From Candidatus Geothermincolia bacterium (GTDB taxonomy: Bacteria > Actinomycetota > Geothermincolia > Fen-727 > Anoxymicrobiaceae), in the NCBI GenBank assembly GCA_038326775.1, contig JBBQKJ010000001.1, forward strand, positions 71,510-135,509: a DNA stretch of 64,000 bases, in the 5' to 3' direction. Position numbers and translations under genes: made by a program. The notes beneath the pieces were generated by a model, which saw only the letters and a list, made by a program, of their open reading frames with translations, was not told the DNA's origin and did not search any database. Shown piece after piece: positions 53,891-63,581 of the stretch. Positions within the stretch are counted from its first letter, which is position 1, and each line of letters starts with the position of its first letter.

Positions 53891-55552
53891 ATGGCAGAGA
53901 TCTTCGGGGGGCAGATCGTAGCGAAATACATCAAGGAAGTCGAGGGAATCGACACGATCTTTTCGCTCTCGGGCGGGCACATCGCGCCTGTCTTCGACGG
54001 GTGCCTGGACTACGGGGTCCGCAACATCGACGTGCGCCACGAGCAGGCCGCGGTCATGGCGGCGCATGCCTGGTCTGTCTTCACCGGCAAGCCCGGTGTC
54101 TGCCTGGTCACCGCCGGCCCCGGTTTCACGAACGCCCTCACCGGCGTGGCGAACGCCTTCATGGAGAACGTCCCCGTGGTGGTGCTGAGCGGCATGGCAC
54201 CCATCCGCGACCTCGACAGGGGAGCCCTGCAGGACATGAACCAGGTCGATATGATAAGGCCCGTGGTCAAGTGGATCGGCAGGTGCTACGACGTCGCCCG
54301 GATACCGGAGTACCTCGGGATGGCGTTCAGGCACGCGGTCTCCGGCAGGCCCGGCCCGGTGTTCCTCGAGATACCCCCTGATGAGCTTTATATCTCCACC
54401 GAGGAGTCCGAGATGAAGTGGCCCGCGAGGCCGTCGAAGAAGTACGCGGTCGTCCCCGACGAGGAATCCGTCAACGAGGCTCTCGAGCTGCTCGATGGCG
54501 CCGAGAAACCGCTGCTGCTCGGGGGCAGCGGAATAGCGGCGAGCGGGGCGGCTGACGAGCTTCGCGCTTTCCTGGACAAGACCGGCATGCCCTTCATACT
54601 GATGGATAACGGGCGGGGAGCCGTCCCCGACGAGCACCCGCAGTCGCTCTGGGACGGAGGGCTGATGGGTGTGCTCGCGGCGGCCTCGATGGCCGACGTG
54701 GTCTTCACGGTGGGCATCAGGCTCAACTGGGTGCTCGGCTTCGGCGACGTGCTGGCGAACGCGAAGGTCGTAAGACTCGACATCGACTCCGCGGAGGTGG
54801 ACCGGAACCGCCAGGCCGACGTCGGCCTGGCAGGCGATGCCCGCGCCACGTTGAAGCTGTTGAACGAAAGCGTAAAAGAGGCTGACCGCGGTGAATGGTT
54901 GGGCTCCCTCAAGGGAATATTCGCCGGGCTGACCGAGACCGACAGGCAGCAGCGGGAGAACCCCGCCGACCCCATCCACCCGTTCTACCTGATGCAGCAG
55001 GTCAGGCAGACCGCGGGCGACGATACTGTATTTGTGCTCGACGGCGGCGACGCGCTCTACTTCTCCCTGATGACCTTCAGGGCCACGCGGACGTCCGGTG
55101 TCATCGGCAGCGGTACGTTGTTCGGTTGCCTCGGCACCGGAATGCCGTTCGCCCTGGGCGCCCAGGTCGCCCTTCCGGACAAGCGTGTCGTCCTTGTCAC
55201 CGGCGACGGCTCGTTCGGGCTTAACGCCATGGAGTTTGAGACCGCCGTACGCCACGGCATCCCCATGGTCTGCGTCATCAGCAACGATGAGGGGTGGGGC
55301 ATGGTCAAGCACCACCAGAGGCTCTGCTACTCGGACGACAGGGTGTGCGGGACCGAGCTCGGCACGATCCACTACGAGAAGATAGTGGAGGCGCTGGGCG
55401 GCTACGGCGAGTTCGTGGACAAGGCCGAGGGCATTGCGCCGGCCATCAAGCGCGCGCTGGAATGCGGCAAGCCCGCCTGCGTGAACGTCATGACCGACCC
55501 GACGGTATTCAGCCCCGCGACAGCGATGTTCGCCGAGGGGTTCAAGTTCTAG
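53891..55552 (+). CDS. Thiamine-pyrophosphate-dependent enzyme (acetolactate synthase / oxalyl-CoA decarboxylase-like family), 553 aa.
   Basis: TPP-binding motif GDGSFGLNAMEFETAVRHGIPMVCVISNDEGWG. N-terminal pyrimidine-binding domain pattern. Start moved to the internal ATG (MAEIFGG...). Confidence 0.8.
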   Translation: MAEIFGGQIVAKYIKEVEGIDTIFSLSGGHIAPVFDGCLDYGVRNIDVRHEQAAVMAAHAWSVFTGKPGVCLVTAGPGFTNALTGVANAFMENVPVVVLSGMAPIRDLDRGALQDMNQVDMIRPVVKWIGRCYDVARIPEYLGMAFRHAVSGRPGPVFLEIPPDELYISTEESEMKWPARPSKKYAVVPDEESVNEALELLDGAEKPLLLGGSGIAASGAADELRAFLDKTGMPFILMDNGRGAVPDEHPQSLWDGGLMGVLAAASMADVVFTVGIRLNWVLGFGDVLANAKVVRLDIDSAEVDRNRQADVGLAGDARATLKLLNESVKEADRGEWLGSLKGIFAGLTETDRQQRENPADPIHPFYLMQQVRQTAGDDTVFVLDGGDALYFSLMTFRATRTSGVIGSGTLFGCLGTGMPFALGAQVALPDKRVVLVTGDGSFGLNAMEFETAVRHGIPMVCVISNDEGWGMVKHHQRLCYSDDRVCGTELGTIHYEKIVEALGGYGEFVDKAEGIAPAIKRALECGKPACVNVMTDPTVFSPATAMFAEGFKF

Positions 55553-55624
55553 CAGTACTGAAACGCATCCGGGGAACCGGTGCTGTTTATTGGAATAGCC
55601 CGACCGGCGACAGGAGGGGATGAC

Positions 55625-56026
55625 ATGGCGGCACAGCGTATCGATGTTTACAGGGTCGAGATCGAAGACAGGCCGGGCGCGCTCCAGGAGATGCTCTCGG
55701 GAATCGCGGAAGCCGATCTGAACATCTTCCACCTCGCGGCTTTCTCTTGCGGTGGTGCGAAGGGGATGGCCTACTGCGTTCCCGACAAGCCGGACGGTCT
55801 GCGGGAATTCGCAGGTTCCCGGGGGCTCGGCGTCGAGAAATGCGCGGGCTTCCTGTTGAGCGGCATCGACCGGGTTGGCGTTGGTGCCGAGGTCACCAGG
55901 CCGCTATCAAACGCGGGTATCAACGTAGTGGTGGGAACAGCCACGGTCTCTGCAGGCGATTACTACCTCCTGATAATAGTGGAGGACAAGGACGGGGACG
56001 CCGCAGCGGCAGCGCTCGGCGCGTAG
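55625..56026 (+). CDS. ACT-domain-containing small protein, about 133 aa.
   Basis: Pattern YRVEIEDRPGALQEMLSGIAEADLNI..., then a second similar half (GVGAEVTRPLSNAGINVV...). Weak RBS, so the start is uncertain. Confidence 0.5.
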   Translation: MAAQRIDVYRVEIEDRPGALQEMLSGIAEADLNIFHLAAFSCGGAKGMAYCVPDKPDGLREFAGSRGLGVEKCAGFLLSGIDRVGVGAEVTRPLSNAGINVVVGTATVSAGDYYLLIIVEDKDGDAAAAALGA

Positions 56027-56038
56027 AGTTCCGCGCGG

Positions 56039-57243
56039 TCAGTCCTCATAGCGCGAAGCGAACTTCCAGAGCGCAGCGATCGACCTCAGGGCGCGGGCTG
56101 GGGAGGGGTAGGCCGGAACGCCGCCGCCCTCGATCGAGCTCTTCCACTCGGCGCACATCCGGGCGTCACCGCCCATCAGCACCGCCGCGAGCGGCTTTTT
56201 AGGGTAATGCGCGCGGAGCGAGGCGAACATCGCCGCCGAGTCCATGCCGGATTCCGGTATAACGGTGAAGATCACAACCACCGAGTCGATGCGCTCCTCT
56301 TCAAGCATCGTTTTCGCGGCCAGTGTAAAGCTTTCTTCGGGGCCGCGGGCCTCGATGGCGGCCCAGATGTCTGCCGGGTTTCGATACGGAACCCAGGCGG
56401 GCGCGACTTCTCTCATGCTGGCCGCGAACCGCTCCGAGAGCTGCGGCATCTCAAGGCCGAGACGCCCCACCGCGTCGGCGGAGAGAACGCACCCGGCACC
56501 GGTGATCGAGACCACCCCGACCCGGTTTCCGGCCGGAAGCGGCAAAGACGCGAACGCCTTCGCGCAGTCGAGCATCTCCTCGAAGTCGTCGACCCTGACG
56601 GCCCCTGCCTGCTCGACGAGCCCGTTGAAAATGCTGTCGTTGCCCGAAAGGGAGCCGGTGTGACTCGCCACCGCGCTTCGCCCCTGTTCGGTGCGACCGC
56701 TCTTGAGGAGGAGCACCGGCTTGGCCGCCGCGGCGAGCTTCAGCGAGTCGGCGAAGCCCCTGCCGTCGGACACGCCCTCGGTGTAGGCGCAGATGACTTT
56801 CGTCTCGGGGTCCCGGCGCAGGCAATGGAGCATGTCCACCTCGTCGATGTCCGCCTTGTTACCGAGGCAGGCTATCCTGCTGACAGCGAACCGCTCGCCG
56901 GTGTTTATCCAGCGCGCGATGCCGCTCGAGAAAAGCCCCGACTGGCCGAACATGGCGACCGTGCCGGGGCGCATCCGGTCGAGAGAGACGATGGAGGTGG
57001 CGAGCCCGGACGACGGGCAGACCGTGCCGATGCTGTTCGGGCCCATCACCCTTATCCCCGCGCCGCGGGCGACCTCCATCACGCCCTCTTCCAGGCGCCT
57101 GCCCTCCTCACCGGCGTCGGAGAAGCCCGCCGCGGGAATGATGACGTTTCTGATGCCTGCCCTCGCCTCGACGCTCCGACAACCGCCACCGACCGCGGGT
57201 GGAAGAAGGCTTGCAGCGCATCGACGGCGTGCCCGGTCATCTG
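56039..57243 (-). pseudogene. ADP-forming acyl-CoA synthetase (NDP-forming, succinyl-CoA-synthetase-like fold) remnant. N-terminal MTGHAVDALQAFFHPRSVAVVGAS is in one frame; the body (...AGIRNVIIPAAGFSDAGEEGRRLEEGVMEVARGAGIRVMGPNSIG...) is in another. About 100 aa of the CoA-binding Rossmann domain are missing between them.
   Basis: Manual two-frame translation of the minus strand 57085-57243. The 347-aa ORF (56039..57082) starts mid-domain. Confidence 0.5.
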
Positions 57244-57417
57244 GAAACCTCCTTTTCCGCGACGCTCAGCCGGTCCGCGGGCAATTCTATCACCGGCAGC
57301 CGCAGGCAGGAGTCCGACAGGTACCGTCGAATGTAGCAGGGCAGATCAAGAGGGCGGGAGACCGGCGGCCCCGCCGGCGCCCCGGGGACGGCTCGCGGGA
57401 TGAAAGGAGTGAACCAG

Positions 57418-58536
57418 ATGAGGGTAGTAGCGCTGGGAGGAGGCGGAGTCATGGGCCGGCTGGGGGTCAAGGACCTCGCCTCGAAGGAGAGCGTCGAGGA
57501 GATCCTGATCGCCGACCACGACCTCGACGCGGCGGAGGCGGTCGCGCGCGAGCTCGGGAGCAAGTGCAGCGCGAAGAAGGTGGACGCGAACAACCACGCC
57601 CAGATGGTGGAGACGGTCAGGGGCTTCGACGTGGCCATGGGGACCATCGGGCCGTTCTACAAGTACGAGAAGAAGGTGGCGAGCGCCTGCATCGACGCGG
57701 GCGTAAATTACGTGAGCATCTGCGACGACTATGACGCGGCAGCCGACTTCCTGGAGCTCGACGCCGCCGCCAAGAAGGCCGGCGTTACCGCGATCACAGG
57801 GGTCGGCTGGACCCCGGGCATCACCAACGTCTTCGCGCGCTTCGGTGCCGACCAACTCGACGAGGTGGAGGAGATAGCCGTCTCCTGGGCGTGCGACCCG
57901 GCGGACACCGCCGGCAAGGCGGTCACATTCCACTATATCCACGCGGTGACAGGCATGATACCTTCGTACATCGAAGGCCGGATGCAGAATATAAAGGCGG
58001 GCTCCGGCCTCGAGAGGATAAATTTCCCGGCGACCGTTGGGCCGGTCAACGTGTTCCACGCCGGGCACCCGGAGCCGGTGACAATTCCCCGCTACATTGA
58101 CGCGAGGACTGTTACGCTCAAGGGTGGCCTTACCGACGCGTTCCTGGTCGGCCTCACCAACGTGCTGGTCGGCTTGCGCTTGACGAACACCATGCGCAAG
58201 AAGGACCTGATAGGAGCGTTGTTCAACATGGTGCTGCCGTATCTCGAGAGCATCGGCAAGCCCCCCGAGACGTGCTCCGCCTGCCGGACCGACATCACCG
58301 GCAAAAAGAACGGTAAGTGGACGCACCTGGCCTACGGGGCCGCCGATCACATGGACAAGCTCACCTGCCTGCCGACTTCGATAGTGGTCCAGATGGTGGG
58401 GGAGGGCCTCATCACCGATAAAGGAGCCATGCCTCCGGAGGCATGCGTCGACCCAGGGGATTTTCTGAAGCGGCTCGTAGAGAGCGGGGTGCGCGTCTAT
58501 GAAGGCGACGAGATGGTCAAACCGCTGAAAGTCTGA
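57418..58536 (+). CDS. Saccharopine dehydrogenase-like NAD(P)-binding oxidoreductase, 372 aa.
   Basis: N-terminal MRVVALGGGGVMGRLGVKDLA Rossmann motif and family-typical layout. AAAGGAG RBS before the ATG at 57418. Confidence 0.7.
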   Translation: MRVVALGGGGVMGRLGVKDLASKESVEEILIADHDLDAAEAVARELGSKCSAKKVDANNHAQMVETVRGFDVAMGTIGPFYKYEKKVASACIDAGVNYVSICDDYDAAADFLELDAAAKKAGVTAITGVGWTPGITNVFARFGADQLDEVEEIAVSWACDPADTAGKAVTFHYIHAVTGMIPSYIEGRMQNIKAGSGLERINFPATVGPVNVFHAGHPEPVTIPRYIDARTVTLKGGLTDAFLVGLTNVLVGLRLTNTMRKKDLIGALFNMVLPYLESIGKPPETCSACRTDITGKKNGKWTHLAYGAADHMDKLTCLPTSIVVQMVGEGLITDKGAMPPEACVDPGDFLKRLVESGVRVYEGDEMVKPLKV

Positions 58537-58695
58537 ATCCGGCTCTTCCTGAGTCGACCGTGAGGTCGAGCCATTGGCGGTAGTGGATACGAACAGGTCT
58601 TTTGTGAACATGACGGCGCCCTCACAATAGTGAAGACCCGACTCGGCGTTTTTGAGGCCATGCAGGTTAACGCGAACGGCGATGTATTTGAACGG

Positions 58696-58920
58696 CTACA
58701 TCCTTTGTGTCAGGTTCGCGAAGCCAGCCTCGACTCCCCACGCCATCAGGCCCATCCGGCAGAACCGCCATTGGCCCCCGAAGTCGATGGCGGGCATCTT
58801 TCCCTGCCCGACCAGGTCAAGGATGGTGCCCCGGTCTATTCCGAGGTATGTGGCTACTTGTTCCGTGTCCATGAAGTCGGTCGCTCCATCGTCGCCCGGC
58901 TTGAGTGCTTCCTGCGCCAT
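58696..58920 (-). CDS. Excisionase/MerR-like helix-turn-helix DNA-binding protein, 74 aa.
   Basis: MDTEQVATYLGIDRGTILDLVGQGKMPAIDFGGQWRF... matches the excisionase-family HTH_17 pattern. Strong AAAGGAGA RBS upstream of the ATG at 58920. Confidence 0.5.
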   Translation of the reverse strand: MAQEALKPGDDGATDFMDTEQVATYLGIDRGTILDLVGQGKMPAIDFGGQWRFCRMGLMAWGVEAGFANLTQRM

Positions 58921-59125
58921 GCTGTCTCCTTTCGACCCGTTCTCTTGGGGCGGTGGGTTCTTATTCGTTACTCGGTTCATGACCTGTTGATTGTAGCGAA
59001 ACCAGGGGTTCGCCGGTGAACCGCGGCAGCTCAGCAGCCGGGATTATCGCGCTCATATACATCATGATACAGAACAACGAAATCTGATATAGTATGGCAA
59101 CGGTTCTCTGACAAAGGGAGGCAAC

Positions 59126-59320
59126 ATGGAGGGCAAGGGGATAGTCAAGAAGGCAGCGATAGCTATCGCGATAGCGCATATCACAGAGGCGCTCTTCGCC
59201 ATGCGCATGGCGAAGAAGAGAGGGAAGAGCCCCGTGCTCTACTTCTTCCTGACCCTGCCGATCGGCTTCCCGGTCATGCTGCGCCTGAGGAAGACCGAGT
59301 GCGTCGAGGAGTCCGCCTGA
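59126..59320 (+). CDS. Small hypothetical protein, 64 aa, with two hydrophobic segments.
   Basis: AAGGGAGG RBS. A hairpin (GCCGGAG...CTCCGGC) follows the stop. Confidence 0.35.
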   Translation: MEGKGIVKKAAIAIAIAHITEALFAMRMAKKRGKSPVLYFFLTLPIGFPVMLRLRKTECVEESA

Positions 59321-59472
59321 GGCCGGAGTCATCGCTATCGCCCGGCTCCGGCGTGGGAGACCGGCTAAGAACTGATGAAGTGAGCAGAATCCCCGGGGTG
59401 TACTTCTCAACGGGGAATTGGTGCGCAATTGCGAGCGATCAGATGGGCCACTCCCCGCCCCCGGTTCGGCTT

Positions 59473-60096
59473 CTATAGCGGATGTCGCTCCTTGACCAAC
59501 CCGGCCACTGCTTCGGCCGAGGCGGCCGCCTGCCACGTGCCGATGCCCCTGGCGCAAGCGTCGGACATGTAGATGATGGCGGGCATATCGAGGACCTGTT
59601 TGTCGAGCAGGTACTTGGCCACTACTCCCGACCCCGAGTAATCGAGCCCCGCGACATACCTGGCATAATCCAGGCCCATCGACTCCTCCCCCGCGAGCTG
59701 CAGCGTCAGGTCGATGCCGACGTTGGAGACTACGACATCGGCGGCAATCTTACCGTCGTCGGTGAGCACGCCGGTCACCTTTCCTCCATCGCTAAGCACA
59801 CGCACGACACCCCGACCCAGGTGGAGCTGCCCGCCGTGCCGCTCGAGCCCTCGCAGGTAGGCATCGGCTATGGCGCCCGAGCCGCCGCGCGGGTAGCTCG
59901 TGTCGGCTGCCTTGAACATCTCGCGGAAGCAGTGGACGAACTCCCCGGCCGAAGCCCCGCGGCACGACATAGCGAACATCATGTAGCAGAAAGTATTGAT
60001 GAAACGGTGCACCTGGGGGTCGCTGGTGTAGCTGTCGAGAAAGTCGGAAAGGATAACCTCGTCGTGGGCATCGATGAAAGCGTCGCTCGCTCTCAT
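59473..60096 (-). pseudogene. Fragment of a phytoene desaturase (CrtI)-like FAD oxidoreductase: about 200 aa from the middle of the fold. The N-terminal FAD-binding GxGxxG region and the C-terminal third are both missing.
   Basis: ...YPRGGSGAIADAYLRGLERHGGQLHLGRGVVRVLSDGGKVTGVLTDDGKIAADVVVSNVG... matches the central region of CrtI-family proteins (about 500 aa when intact). Confidence 0.45.
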
Positions 60097-60474
60097 CAGC
60101 TTTGAAAAAAGGCGCGCCGCATCCGGAGCCTTCTACCACTTGACCCCCAGGTTGAGCGCCATGCGGGCCCTGGCCGCCAGGGACCGGATATCGAGAGGCT
60201 GGGGATAGATGCATAGCTTGCCCTGCTGCAAGTCGTATATCAGGGCCGCCGGGTCGTGCTTTCTGAACTTGAGGGGCTCGCCGGGGGAACGTGCCATGGG
60301 GCGTTCTTGTGGATGGTCGTCGCTTCAAGACGAACGAGGGATGAGGGTGTTTAATGAGAATTCATGGATGTAATTCCCGCTGTTGATTTGTATGAAGAAC
60401 GGGAGAGAAAGCAATGCTATCGCAAAGAGGTTAGAATTTGCTGCTCGGGCAAGAGACGGTAATGCAGAGGTAAT

Positions 60475-61638
60475 GTGGACAACGCGGAAAGCGATACACG
60501 GATAGACGAGCGAAACGAGGGCGGCCGCGAGGATTCCCCGGCGGCCGCGAAGAAACCTTCACTCCTTAAACGTCTCGTGATGACCGTTTTCACCATCGCG
60601 ATAGTCGCGCTGGTCTTTTCTTACATCCTGCCCAAATTCGCCAGCTACAAGGACGTCTTCAAGGCCATGGGCGAGCTGAGCGTCCTGCAGCTGGCGGTCC
60701 TGCTGGTGGTCGCGCTTCTGAACCTTGCCTGCGCCTGGTCCATGAACCAGGCCTCGCTGCCCGGGATGCGCAACTGGCAGGCAGCCCAACTGACGCTCTC
60801 CCAGAACCTCATATCCAGCACGCTGCCACTGGGCGGCGCCTGGTCGATCGGGCTCGGGTACGCCATTATCCATTCCTACGGCTTCGGGGTGGCGCAGTAC
60901 TCCCTCATGCTGGGGGTTTCCGGCATCTGGAACACCTTCGCGAAACTCGCGCTCCCGGTGGTGGCGGTGCTGATGCTGGTCATAGTGGGCGGCGAGCAAA
61001 CGGGGGGTACGATCATCCTGGCGCTCATCGGCGCGGGTACCCTCCTTGGCGCCCTGGCGGTCTTCGGGCTAGTCCTCTGGAAACGCTCGATGGCCTTCCG
61101 CCTCGGTGACCTTGCGGGGAGGGCCGCCTCCAGGCTTATGCGCGTTTTTCACCGGGGCCCCTTCACCACATGGGGCGAAGCGCTCGCCCGCTTCCGGGAC
61201 CAGACCGTCCACGTTGCCAGGAAGCGCTGGTTCGCGCTTTCGGTTATCGCCGTCCTCTACCAGTTGAGCACCTTCTGGGTGTTTCTCCTGGCGCTGCGCT
61301 TCTCGGGCGTGCCTGCCACCGGCGACAACAGCGTGTCCTGGGTCGTGGCCTTCGGCGTGTTCGCTTTCGTGAGGCTTATCTCTGCCATTCCCATCACCCC
61401 GGGCGCGGTAGGCATCGCCGAGGCATCCTACACGAGCCTCCTTATTGCCGCCGGCGGATCCCGGGCCGAGGTGGTTGCGGGGGTCCTGCTGTTCCGAGGC
61501 CTTACCTGGCTGATGCCTATTCCGCTGGGAATCCCGGCATACGTCGCATGGTTGGTGAAGCAGCGCAAGAAGAATAGAGCGGTCGCCCCAGCCGGGGCGG
61601 CCGATGACGCCGTTGCGTACAAGGAGGATGGGCAATGA
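60475..61638 (+). CDS. Flippase-like membrane protein (lysylphosphatidylglycerol-synthase TM-region / UPF0104 family), 387 aa, GTG start.
   Basis: Basic N-terminus then multiple TM helices, with a family-typical layout. Confidence 0.6.
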   Translation: MDNAESDTRIDERNEGGREDSPAAAKKPSLLKRLVMTVFTIAIVALVFSYILPKFASYKDVFKAMGELSVLQLAVLLVVALLNLACAWSMNQASLPGMRNWQAAQLTLSQNLISSTLPLGGAWSIGLGYAIIHSYGFGVAQYSLMLGVSGIWNTFAKLALPVVAVLMLVIVGGEQTGGTIILALIGAGTLLGALAVFGLVLWKRSMAFRLGDLAGRAASRLMRVFHRGPFTTWGEALARFRDQTVHVARKRWFALSVIAVLYQLSTFWVFLLALRFSGVPATGDNSVSWVVAFGVFAFVRLISAIPITPGAVGIAEASYTSLLIAAGGSRAEVVAGVLLFRGLTWLMPIPLGIPAYVAWLVKQRKKNRAVAPAGAADDAVAYKEDGQ

Positions 61639-62360
61639 GCTTCTGGGAATGGCTGGCCCCGAGCGGCCGCGCCGAGCAGGCGGGCATGTTCCTGGCGGGT
61701 GCCTCAGTGCCCTTCACGTTCCAGCGCACCCTCATGCCGCGCGGTGTGCTCGACCAGGCGCTGGCCACCGGCATCGTAATGGCGTTGGAATACGCTGTCG
61801 GCGCACTTGTGCAGGACAGCGTGGAGGCGGTGGCCGCGCGGACGGCGAACGCTCACGAGCACGGTGTCGAGCTGGAGGACCGCTCCTGGCGGCGATATAC
61901 CATGGCGTTGGACCTGGCAGCCATCGGGCTCGGAGGAGCGCTGAAGAACACCTTCAAGCAGAGGGAGGGCGAGAACGTGGGGCGCGCCTGGGCCCGCCTC
62001 GCCGGGAGGTTCATCGCAAACGGCGCTTTCGCCGGGCTCTGCGTCGCGGTATTCCAGGAGGGGGCTGACGACCTTCACCTGCGCCGCCTGCGCGCCTTTC
62101 CGGTGGCCTTGCCGGGAGGGGTGATAGTCGCCGGAGTGCTCGATTCGCGCCGCCGACGCGCCGAGCGAGCCGCCGGCCCTGACCACCCGGCTCCCTTGAA
62201 AGCGTGGGAAGCACTGGGGATAAGCCAGCCCCGAACGGCTCTGGAGACCCCCGGGTCACTTCGCGGCTATCTCGGGTATAGGGTACGGGATAGGTTTGCT
62301 GATAAAGCTCGTATACGGCCGCATCGAGGAGGGCGCGAGCCGTATCGAACCCGCTTTTGA
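61635..62360 (+). CDS. Hypothetical membrane-associated protein, 241 aa. Possibly the N-terminal domain of the downstream alpha/beta hydrolase, separated by a frameshift.
   Basis: Start overlaps the previous stop (ATGA). Overlaps the next ORF by 65 nt in another frame. Confidence 0.4.
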   Translation: MSFWEWLAPSGRAEQAGMFLAGASVPFTFQRTLMPRGVLDQALATGIVMALEYAVGALVQDSVEAVAARTANAHEHGVELEDRSWRRYTMALDLAAIGLGGALKNTFKQREGENVGRAWARLAGRFIANGAFAGLCVAVFQEGADDLHLRRLRAFPVALPGGVIVAGVLDSRRRRAERAAGPDHPAPLKAWEALGISQPRTALETPGSLRGYLGYRVRDRFADKARIRPHRGGREPYRTRF

Positions 62361-63537
62361 CACTCCTCCGACGAGCGCGTTGGTGAGCGGGGGGCCGGGG
62401 AGCCTAGTGCCCTGGGAAACCTTATCCAGGCAGGGGCGTCGCTACGTCAGCACCTACCTGCGCTCCGAATGGATCGAGCGCGTGATGACGGAGCCGGCGT
62501 ATGCCGAGCCGATCCGCGTCTTCGCGGCCCTCGACTGCGCCGCTTCCGATGAAGAGCGCGTGGAGCTCACACTGCGCGAGCTGGAGCGAACCGGCGCGTT
62601 CGACCGCCCTTTGCTGATGGTCATCTCTCCGACCGGGACGGGTTACGTGAATTACGTTGCGGTGGAAGCGGCCGAGTACCTGACCCCGGGGCACATGGCG
62701 TCGGTTGCCCTGCAGTATTCCAAGCGCCCCTCGGTGCTGTCGATGGACCGGGTGCCCGAGGGGGTCAGGCAGTACCGGATGTTCCTGGAGGCGCTCCAGG
62801 CCAAACTGGCGGAGCTTCCCCGCGAGCGCAGGCCGCGCGTGGTGCTTTTCGGCGAGAGCCTGGGCGCCTGGACGAGCGAGGGGGCTTTTGACGGCACCGG
62901 CACTGAGGGGATGCTCGCCCTGGGGGTGGACCGCGGCCTCTGGATCGGGACACCCCACGCCACCAGGTGGAAAGACCAGGCACTGGGCCCGCCGCGCCCG
63001 GACGTCGATAAATCCCTGGTGGGAGCGTTCAACGATTTCGAGCAGGTCGAGGCGCTTTCGCAGGAGGAGCGGGCCCAGCTTCGCTACGTGATGATCACCC
63101 ACTACAACGACGCCGTGGCGCAGTTCGGCCTGGACCTGCTGGTGCGGGAGCCAAGGTGGCTGGGGGAGCCCGATAAACGGCCGCCGACGGTACCGGCGAC
63201 CGAGGAATACTACCCGCTGGTCACGTTCATCCTGACCTTGATCGACATGAAGAACTCGGCCAACGTGGTGCCGGGCAGGTTCGAGGCGAAGGGGCACGAC
63301 TACCGTAAAGACCTGGCGCGATTCGTGCGAGAGGTGTACTCGCTGCACTGCGGCGACGAAAGGCTCGACCGCGTCGAGAAGGCTCTCAGGGAATACGAGC
63401 TGGCGCGCCAGGAGTGGATAGACAGACTGGATAAGCCTGAGAAGAAGACGGTCAAGGCGGAGAACAAGAAGGAGAATGGCGGGAAGACCGAAGCGGAACA
63501 AAAGAAAGCGAAAGAGAACGGGGAGAAAAGAACTTGA
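62296..63537 (+). CDS. Alpha/beta-hydrolase family protein (Abhydrolase_9-like) with GESLG nucleophile motif and Lys/Glu-rich C-terminal tail. TTG start in the track; the frame stays open back to 62224.
   Basis: LVPWETLSRQGRRYV... and VLFGESLGAWTSE (GxSxG). Confidence 0.55.
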   Translation: MLIKLVYGRIEEGASRIEPAFDTPPTSALVSGGPGSLVPWETLSRQGRRYVSTYLRSEWIERVMTEPAYAEPIRVFAALDCAASDEERVELTLRELERTGAFDRPLLMVISPTGTGYVNYVAVEAAEYLTPGHMASVALQYSKRPSVLSMDRVPEGVRQYRMFLEALQAKLAELPRERRPRVVLFGESLGAWTSEGAFDGTGTEGMLALGVDRGLWIGTPHATRWKDQALGPPRPDVDKSLVGAFNDFEQVEALSQEERAQLRYVMITHYNDAVAQFGLDLLVREPRWLGEPDKRPPTVPATEEYYPLVTFILTLIDMKNSANVVPGRFEAKGHDYRKDLARFVREVYSLHCGDERLDRVEKALREYELARQEWIDRLDKPEKKTVKAENKKENGGKTEAEQKKAKENGEKRT

Positions 63538-63581
63538 GCGATGATCCCGCCGGGCGCCTTGCGGCTTACACCGGACCCGGA

